Shown: one piece after another, positions 11,666 to 20,503 of the stretch | Layout: each line of letters starts with the position of its first letter | Position numbering within the stretch: the stretch's first letter is position 1 | Assembly: GCA_023231475.1 (NCBI GenBank) | Contig: JALJEE010000344.1 | Coordinates: forward strand, 1 to 33,535 | Source: Seison nebaliae | Taxonomy: Eukaryota | Direction: 5' to 3' | DNA: 33,535 nt | The notes under the pieces: model-generated | What the model was told of the DNA's origin: nothing | Database searches by the model: none | Seen by the model: only the letters and a program-made list of their open reading frames with translations | Program-made: the position numbers and the translations under genes

Positions 11666-12772
11666 TTATTTATTTCGATTATATGTATCAACATAAATCG
11701 ATGAAGAATCAAGTTCACTCAATGGTTTTTCCTCAAATTTAGTCTCCAACAATTCCTAAAAAAAAAATGAATGAAAAATATGAGAAAAATGAAAGAAAAT
11801 GAAAAAACTTCGATATTATTCGTCAGTTTCGTAGTGAATGGAAGATCGACATTCACCTCTTTCATATGTTCACGAACAATACGAAGATCTTTCATTTGTA
11901 AACTTAAAGTAAAATTTGGATTGGTGAAATCTTCTTTGATCATTCGATCGGCTCGATTCTGTAAGACCCAGGAACCGGCGGCACCATTCTTGATGGCATC
12001 AATTACCAGATTAGGGTCAACGCCACTTTTCTTCGCTAACATTACGCCTTCAGCTGCAGCTTGATAATGGAGACAGATACATAATTGATTCACAGCTTTC
12101 GTTATCTGGCCAGAACCTTAAAAACGGAAAATATAGGCTTTTTAAAAACGGACAATTTCTCGTACCTGCCGCTCCAACATGAACAATATTCTTTCCCAGA
12201 ATATTGAGAATGGGAAGTGAAGCATCGAAAACGTCTTTCTCACCACCACACATAATTGACAAAGTTCCGTTATTGGCACCTTCAGGTCCTCCACTAATTG
12301 GAGCATCTAAAATTCCAATTCTACCGATTCCTTTACACTACCAAAATATGGTTATAATAAGATAATTATAATAATTATATAACACAAATCAAACTATTTC
12401 ATCTAATTTTTTAGCTAATGATATAGAACTGGTGGAACAATCGATGATGATTTTCTCTTTTTTAGTTTCGGGAAAAACGGTCGAACTTTCCAGAGCGAAC
12501 GAAGATTTCATTCCTTCAATAACTCCCGTTTCTTTGTGACAAAGAACATGTTCGACATCTGGTGCATCCGACACACAAAGAAGAACGATATCCGATTGTT
12601 TTCCCACTTCGAACGGTGAAATACATTTCACAACTTTTCCTTTCCGATCTCCGATTGCTTCATTTATTTTCGAAGTTGTTCGATTATAAACAAAAACTGG
12701 ATGAACTTTCAATAAGTTGCGGAACATTCCCATTCCCATCTTCCCCAAACCAATAAATCCTACATTCACCAT
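11666..12772 (-). CDS. Beta-hydroxyacid dehydrogenase (3-hydroxyisobutyrate dehydrogenase / tartronate semialdehyde reductase family), ~315 aa; exons 12772-12395, 12337-12166, 12116-11809, 11755-11666
   Basis: Rossmann GFIGLGKMG, substrate motif [16 protein letters not shown], catalytic [11 protein letters not shown], and F-x-L-x-LQMKDL. Confidence 0.92.
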
Positions 12773-12813
12773 CACTTTCACAATTAATAAACTTTTAGAA
12801 AATTTTTAAAAAC

Positions 12814-12849
12814 TTAAAATTTGAAATATCTTCCCATTATCTTCTTTTA
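12814..12849. promoter_or_regulatory. Candidate bidirectional-promoter element, copy 1
   Basis: TTAAAATTTGAAATATCTTCCC-n5-CTTCTTTTA in the 138-bp gap between divergent ATGs; the first block is 20/22 identical to 19237-19258. Confidence 0.45.
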
Positions 12850-12910
12850 CATCTTTATTCCATTCTTATAATTTGGAATTCATTCAAAATTTTTTTATTT
12901 GTTTAATTAA

Positions 12911-14278
12911 ATGGAGACAACGACGACACTCGATAAAATTTACTCAATCTTTTTTGAGTTAATTAAATTTTCAAATTAAAATTTTTAATTATCATCAACT
13001 TATTTATAGATGGAATTATAATGTGGTTCTTCATGGATTCGGTTCAAAAAATCATTTAATTGAATTAATGAAAGGTAAATGGAAAAATGAGAATAATTTC
13101 CTCTTTCATTCTCGAGTGACGAAAGACAAACCGTTGACATTCGACAATGTTATTTTTCGATGAATTAAAAAAATCATTTTTTTCCATTAGTTTCTCCATC
13201 ATATGACCAATCATTTCAATTCAATTGGCATTCCCATTCCACATTTACCAACAGGCAAATCATCACCGGAAACAGCGGCGATGCATTTCCGAACACATTT
13301 ACCCAAAAGTTAAAATTAATTAATATTAAATTAACAGAAATAATTTTGAGAATTGTGATAGAAAAAGAATTTTTATTTATTCTCTCCGAATTCGATCATC
13401 GATATTATTCAGATTGTTCTAGAGAAATTCTTCTGTTTCTTCAATTTCTTAAAACTAATCAATTATTACCATATCCATATGCTATCGTCGATCTCGAATA
13501 TGAATGGTTATCCGTTGGAGATGAAAGAAAAAACCGGAAAAAAAACCGGAAACTTATGGAAGAAAATTCGAGGAATATTCGACTCATCATATCGATGAGT
13601 ACGTTCAGTGGAGAAATTTGTTAAAAATTATAAAATTTTTGAAAATTCTAAAAACATTTTGGTGCAGATATCACACCAGATGTGGAAACTATTTATCGAT
13701 TAATATACGTGGCAGCTCATTCGAATGAACAGATGACGGAAGATGAATTATGGAATGTGAAACATGAAATTAAAGAATCGAAACAATTGCCTTTGGGTTA
13801 AAAGGAGATTTTAAATTTTTAATTTTACAATTTTCATTTTGTTTAGAAGGAAATAGTAAATTGCAAAGTCTGAGAGTGGTACTTTCCAGTGTACCACCCA
13901 TCTCTAGACAAATCTTCATTTTATTGTGTAAACATATTTCAGAAAATCGAAGAAATTATTCGACTCAGCTCAACGAGAAACGTTTCTTTTTCATTACACT
14001 ATTAACTTAATGATTTTTCTAGTATTTGTGTCAATCGATGAAATTTTCTTGAAATGTCGAGAAGAATTTCTTGTTAATACGAAAAATTCTTTTCTTCAAT
14101 TAATTGGAGAATTTGAAGATCACAAAGTTATCGAAATCACAAAAGTTCTTCAGAAAATAATTTTGTTTTATTCTCTCAATAATAATTTGCCTTTCAGGGA
14201 TCAAATGGAATTGATATTATCTTACTATTGATCGATGAACAAATAATCGAATCATTTTTAACTGAACAAACTCTTTAA
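12911..14278 (+). CDS. ORC2: Origin recognition complex subunit 2, short form, ~342 aa; exons 12911-12957, 13010-13148, 13191-13308, 13362-13619, 13668-13796, 13847-13981, 14023-14144, 14198-14278
   Basis: YNVVLHGFGSK matches the ORC2 FNxxLYGxGSK motif. Also NIRLIISM, SLRVVLSSV and the C-terminal CREEFLVN...EFEDHKVI...GSNGID winged-helix segment. Seven GT-AG introns give a continuous frame. Confidence 0.88.
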
Positions 14279-14401
14279 GAAAAGAAGAGATGAAGAAAAT
14301 GTTTCTTTAATAAAATTCCAAATTTCATTTCATTTGTTTTCTTCGCTTTTTTCTGTACCTGTGTCTTTCGTTTTGTTGATTTGTCAACTAAAATCTAAAA
14401 C

Positions 14402-15682
14402 ATGGAATCTTTGGACGAAACGAAATTTCCACCTCATCCTGATGAGAATTTTCCGGTTTATTTATTAAACTGTATTGGAATTGGTAACACGTCCCGAGTT
14501 TATTTATGTTTCTCTCAAATTCCTAATTGTCAAGGCTTCTTCGCTTGTAAAGTCATTCCAAAAAGAGTTCTACTTCATCGTTATGGGACGAAAGAGGAAG
14601 CTGCTCAAAATTTCTATAATCAACGTGCTTGGCTACAAGCATTAACATCTCCATTCATCGTTCTCCATCATACGATGTATCATGATAATTCTTATATTTA
14701 TGTCCTCAATAATTTATATTCAGGAGATTTGAGAGTTACAATAAACGATAAATTTCTTACAGAGAATGGTAGAAAGGGATATGATTTAGATGTTATTAAT
14801 TTCGTCGCTCCACAATTAGCCACCGTCATCTCTGATTTACATAACAAATACCGAGTGATGCATTGCGATATAAAACCGGAGAATATTTTGGTGGATTCTC
14901 GCGGTTATATTCGTCTCTGTGATTTGACACATATGAGAAAAATACACAAATATCGATCGTTCGATGAACCACGTGGCACCGTCGGATATATGGCACCAGA
15001 AATCTTGTTCAGTAATGAATCGAGTAAATATAAACATGGAAGTGAATGGTTCAATTTTGGAGCGATATTATTCGAACTTTATCGTGGTATTCCCTTAATT
15101 CCTCCACATGTTTCTGCATATGATGAATATGCCATTACTTATTTTCCACAAATTCAGGAATTCACCAGAAATCCAAAAGATACTCGAATAATGTTGAGCG
15201 ATCTCCAATGGTTGATTATGTTATGTTGCACTCCGATCGCTGAAGTAAGACGAACATTAAATATGACAAGTATTAAAGTTTATTCCATTCAGTCCAATCC
15301 TCTTCTTGTCATCAGTTTTAGAGTTCGTCCTTCTTCTTATGTACGGAATGGTCTCACATTTACCAAAAGTTAATTGAGAAACCGAAAAGTTTCTTAGTTC
15401 CCACCAATCTACACAACTTATCAGCAAAACAATTCGACTCTTACATTGTTTTGGAGAAGAGCGAAAGAGAACTTTTTCATGTTCAAGGAATAGAACGATA
15501 TCAGAATATGGTGAACGAACAACGAGTTTCAATTTCTTCAATTATTTTGAAATTAATCTTTTCCTTTTCAGGTCGCAGATTTCTATCGTCGTTCACGACT
15601 GGTTGATGAAATAATGAAGAACAGGAAAGATGATCTTAACACTAATACACTCGACATGAGTATGTCAATCGATAATTCATAG
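14402..15682 (+). CDS. Divergent Ser/Thr protein kinase, AGC group (GRK-like), ~396 aa; exons 14402-15277, 15322-15525, 15572-15682
   Basis: GIGNTSRV, ACK, HCDIKPENIL, DLT at the DFG position, GTVGYMAPE. Confidence 0.88.
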
Positions 15683-17786
15683 AATTCATAGAAATTTTTA
15701 TAGAATCTCGATAGAAAACTTCAAAGAAATCATTCCTTCCTTTTTTGAAACTGTTCAATTTATGAAATAAAAATAATTCTCGAAAATTTCTTTTTATATT
15801 ATAATAATTTATAGCGAATTCGCTTATAAATTCACTATTAAAAAATTTTTTTAAATTTTTTTAATTTTTTTGAATCTTTTTGATAGGAATACTATAATTT
15901 GGGTCGGAGAACCAAAATTCTATGGATGTTCATGAGTGTGTGAAACCGGGCTAGATGTTCTCCGCACGTACTTTTCATTTCTGAATGAATCAGGACAAGA
16001 AACCGATCTTTAAGATCTCCAACGCAACTTACCAAGCACGGGAAATAAAAGAATGAGACAAATCGATCATTAGATCGTTTCACTCGTTCCATCATAAATG
16101 TAAATACATTTCGCTGGATCATCGTTAAAAACTATTTCAAACTTTTTGTTCCGACTTTTATGGTCTTCAAGCATCCCTTGCATTTACGCTGAGATTAATG
16201 TTATCATTAGACAAAACGTACAATCTAATTGTCTGAGTTGAGTTGTAGTAGTTGTACTATTTGTTTGAGTTTACTTTTTCTATCTCTCTTTTCCATTCTG
16301 CGAACGCGACAACATAAAGATTTGTGCCAATTTCCAAAACTTGAAGCTTTAGTAAGGAATTTAGAATTGGTGAGCAAATAAATAAAACTTTTAATATAGC
16401 AATTTAATAAAACTAAAAATGTCTTTTAACAAAGTATATTATATGTATGTAATATTAAACTTAAACTTCAACATAAAGGTAATAAATTTAGGTTAAACTA
16501 TCTGCTCTGTGTTTGTATGTAGCTTTTCATTTTTCATTATCTCCATTAATATGGGACTAACATTATTTATTATCATGTATATGATTATTATCATTGAAAA
16601 TATAAAAAGGTATCTTAAAAAATTACGCTTAATGAAAATGACTTAAAATGTTACCAATTGCCAATCATTAGAGCTTTTTTATTCTCAATTTTATATGACA
16701 CAACAATGGTCTATTATCCTTGAATCAGGATGATAAAACTACTTTTTAATAATTATTGCCGTGTTGTTAATATATAAAAGTAAGAAATGGATTCGACATT
16801 CAACACTCCAATTGTCGACATATAAGAAATCACCATATTTGGTTTGAGATCTCATTCAATTGAAATTTAACTTTCCATTTTGTCCCCGATTACCACTTTG
16901 CCTTACATGATGGTGGTTAGCAACTTAAAAATTATAACATGACATATTATTATATGTTGGTGAAGTCTTATAATCTTATATGATCATTATACAAGATCTA
17001 ATGAATGTCTCCATATATGGACCTCTTACTATAGGAATCTTACTTTTTAATCTTTTCACATCTTTGAATAAATGTTAGTTAATCCAAAATGATGAAAAAC
17101 TATCGTATTTCCATTTGAAGAATCATTAAAAATATTGATGTCGAACTTCAAATTATGTATAGGACAAATCATCCAAATATTTCATTGTCTATTACATCAA
17201 ATTCCAATCGTTTCATCAGGGGGCGGATATGAACTAGAATGAATTAGACTGAACTATGCCACCCCCAACTTCGTGTGTTGATAGAGCGAAATAGTCACCT
17301 TTAAACCGTTGTAGTCGTGCATCGCGTAGGTTGATAATGAGGTGAATAATTAATGAATTATCGTAGATGTTACATTTTTATGATTACAAATTATTGTAAT
17401 TGAGATAAGTAGATATTGTGAAATTGAATGATAACTGATGACAATTTAATATTCCTTCTTCCTGTTCTTATTACTTCTATGCTTGTTTCTTTTTTTTTGA
17501 CATGACAAATGAGAATGTGATAAATAATCTTTTAATTCTATTTAATAGTTCATTCATCATTCATTCGGTGAGCATGCTACCGGTACTATTTAAAGTAGCC
17601 GAATTATCTATTCCATCCAAAATTCATCTTGTTTGGCGAAAGAACATTAGAGAAGAAAATTATCTTCCCAATTCACATTCTCTCATCTGAAAATATTACA
17701 TTGAAACTCTTTTCATTAATTACTATAGGAATTCTTGTCAAAAAAAAGTTATTTTTTCTTCTTCATTTCTCATGTCATTTTCTAGA

Positions 17787-18139
17787 ATGAAATTATTTCA
17801 ACAAATGTTTATTCTAATTTGCTTCCGTTACTTTTTCTTTTGATTGTTTCCTCTAATTAAAATAATTTTTAAATCTTTAAATAATCAGTTTTCACATTTC
17901 ATCAATCGATGGAGAATAATAATGATAATGGATTAAATGATTGTAAAGTATCATATGATCGATGTTTGAAAGAAGCGATGAAATATGAAGTGGAATTGAT
18001 GAAATCGTTTCTTCATTCAAATAATCCGAAGAGATCGTGGAAGACGAAACGAGGATATTACGGATTTTCTGGTGCCAGTTTGGAATCATTATTCGAACGT
18101 TATTCATCCGACGTCAGTTTCCAATATCGTCGGAAATAA
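17787..18139 (+). CDS. Small secreted prepro-peptide (neuropeptide precursor-like), 96 aa; exons 17787-17826, 17889-18139
   Basis: Splicing intron 17827-17888 adds the signal-like MKLFQQMFILICFLFTFHQS to the 76-aa ORF. It has two KR sites and a terminal RRK. Confidence 0.7.
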
Positions 18140-18270
18140 TTTGAAAAAAGAAATCTCGTAACTTATTTTTATTGGAAAGAAATTCATATTTCATTTTATA
18201 TTTCAATATCATCATTTCCTCTAGCCATTTTCACCAACTGACCACGACGACAACCAGAAAATAAATACAT

Positions 18271-19214
18271 TCATTTTTTCTTTTTTGACAATTCACGTGC
18301 AATTGCCATTTCATCCAATTCCCCTTTTAATGTATCCAGTTCAACGTCAGGAACATAACGAAAATCTTCTTCATTTATATCATTCTTTTTTATTTCGATT
18401 GATATTCCTTCCGGTAAATGAGTCGCTATAATCTCATACAAAAGTGAGACATCTTTTCCTTCAACATCTGCCAACTGTCAACAAATAAAATTATATGAAA
18501 CAAAAAATTTCAAATTAAAATAATTATTAAAATTCTTTTTATAGATAAAATTTTTGTCGAAGTTTCATAGAATGTCTCTTCATCATAAAAAAATTTTTTT
18601 TGATCTGTTAAATTCTTTTGTGAATTTTATTTTTTAAGTAGATGAAGCTCAAACTATCGTTAGACATTCGACATTTTTATTCATGTCAATTTACGGTCCA
18701 AAACGAATATCATTTAAATATCTTTTACATTTACATGAATTTAAAAAAAATAAATAATAAGAAAAATTGCTTTTTAATTTAACAAAATAGTAACTTTGAT
18801 GAGTCGATGGTATTTCTTTAACTCATATGTCTCATTGATCGTTTGTCCATGTGCTTTGAACGTGTTAATTGAATAAGTTCTTGCGGGTATTGGAAAACTA
18901 CAAAAGAGAAATGTTAGATTATAAAAAAGAAAAAATTATTAACTGATCATCAACAATGAAATTTAATCTTTTCGTTAATTTCAATAAATAACGATAGAAG
19001 TTATGTAATGGAACATAATCGTATCCTGTCAATGAAATCGATAAATCTGAATGTACAGGAATTGTTCGTTCTTTATTCTAAATAATTTATTTTTCATAAT
19101 ATAATCAATTTATGAAAAGTGAACGATGTAAGGCGGATCATATACTCGACCGGGAATCGGATTCTTTATCACCACAAAAGAACTAACTTTCCTGATGAAA
19201 AAATTTTTCAACAT
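18271..19214 (-). CDS. MRPL48: Mitochondrial ribosomal protein mL48, ~176 aa; exons 19214-19125, 19077-18944, 18897-18795, 18474-18271
   Basis: VYDPPYI, LSISLTGYDYVPL (S10-like fold), YHRLIKL, HLPEGISI, RYVPDVELDTLKGEL; basic N-terminal presequence. Confidence 0.82.
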
Positions 19215-19236
19215 TCTCAACTAAAAATTCAAATAT

Positions 19237-19277
19237 TTAAAATTTAAATTATCTTCCCTTTCCAATCACTTCTTTTA
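19237..19277. promoter_or_regulatory. Candidate bidirectional-promoter element, copy 2
   Basis: TTAAAATTTAAATTATCTTCCC-n10-CTTCTTTTA in the 106-bp gap between the divergent ATGs of mL48 and the next gene. Confidence 0.45.
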
Positions 19278-19320
19278 TTATGATTCGTTTGAATTCAAAC
19301 AGATTTTCCCAGATATAGAA

Positions 19321-20410
19321 ATGTGGAGATTGAATAATCACTTTCGAATACATTTCATTTCTTCCCGACAATTTAGGAAGATTAGAAATGATGAATATTT
19401 AGGTCGATTATCTGACGAGAAGCAATCGGAGGAATCTGATAATTCTCAATTAGAACCAGAAACTTCAACAGATTTAGATGAAACATGTATAGAAAGTTTG
19501 AAATTTGGAGAATTTTTTGAAAAATTAAAATTTTTCTAAAGATGAAGATGAAGTTAAATTGAAATTGATAAATGAGGAGAAATTGTTATTGAAATCACAA
19601 GACACTTCGCCCCAAATCAACTTATTACCTTGGTTCTATAAGAAGGATATGAAGGAACGGTTCAAAACCATGAATATGATGAAAGGAATAAGTTAAAAAA
19701 GTTTATTGAGATTTTTGTAATATATAAAAAAATTGAAAATTCTTTTTTAGATTTATCTGAATTTTCTTCCATCGAAATGGAAAAGAGTTCTCAATACGGT
19801 TGTACTGTTATTGGAATTGAGAAAGTGGTCAATTCGAAATGGTCACCTAAAATTAATGAAGCGATTTATTCTCACGATTTCACTGTTTATTCAAAGTGGC
19901 TCTCCTTAATGTATTATCAAATGGAACATAAAAAATCATTAAAATCGATTAGAAATCATCTTTTGGATGATCATCGTCGAATTATGGAATTAACCCATCA
20001 ACTTAAATCGGACGATCCGATTTTATTAAGAAAATTGATTGAATTAATTTTAGGAATAAATTTCAATTTTATTCCGTCATCTGATCAAGATCTTCATTTG
20101 GATCGATGGAATGACGACGATTATTTATTCACATCATTCGAAGTTCAACGTCTTGTTCGTTTATTGACGAAAAAAAGATTGAGACGTTAATAAATTATTT
20201 TAAAGAAATTATCGAATTTTTAATTTAAAAAAATTTTCTCACTTAGCGCCAATCGCACAATTGGAAATGGAAATGAAGAATGAAATAATGGAATTTAAAA
20301 CAATGAAATTATGTTCAATTGAAAAGTATATTGAGAGAAAAGAAATGATGAGCGAACGACAATTATTCTACAAATTGAAAAAACTGATTGAAGAAATTGA
20401 AGAGTTTTGA
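19321..20410 (+). CDS. Hypothetical protein, ~307 aa, possible mitochondrial presequence; exons 19321-19495, 19542-19691, 19751-20185, 20247-20410
   Basis: Three short GTT-AG introns join the ORF pieces into one 924-nt frame. The N-terminus MWRLNNHFRIHFISSRQFRKIR is Arg-rich and acid-free. No family recognised. Confidence 0.7.
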
Positions 20411-20503
20411 GAATTAAAATATCTTTTTTTTTCTGAAAACGAAATCTTTCTCAATTAAATTGATATTCGATTCGATATTTAATTGAGAATACATATTCAT
20501 CAT

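Noticed and set aside
14279..14401. Very short ORC2-kinase spacing suggesting an operon or trans-splicing
   Set aside because: No AG acceptor between the poly(A) signal and the kinase ATG; general compaction explains the spacing.
16025..16036. CAACTTACCAAG resembles part of the bdelloid rotifer spliced leader as I recall it
   Set aside because: Only 12 nt match, the 5' half is absent, and there is no following AG|GT donor or Sm site.
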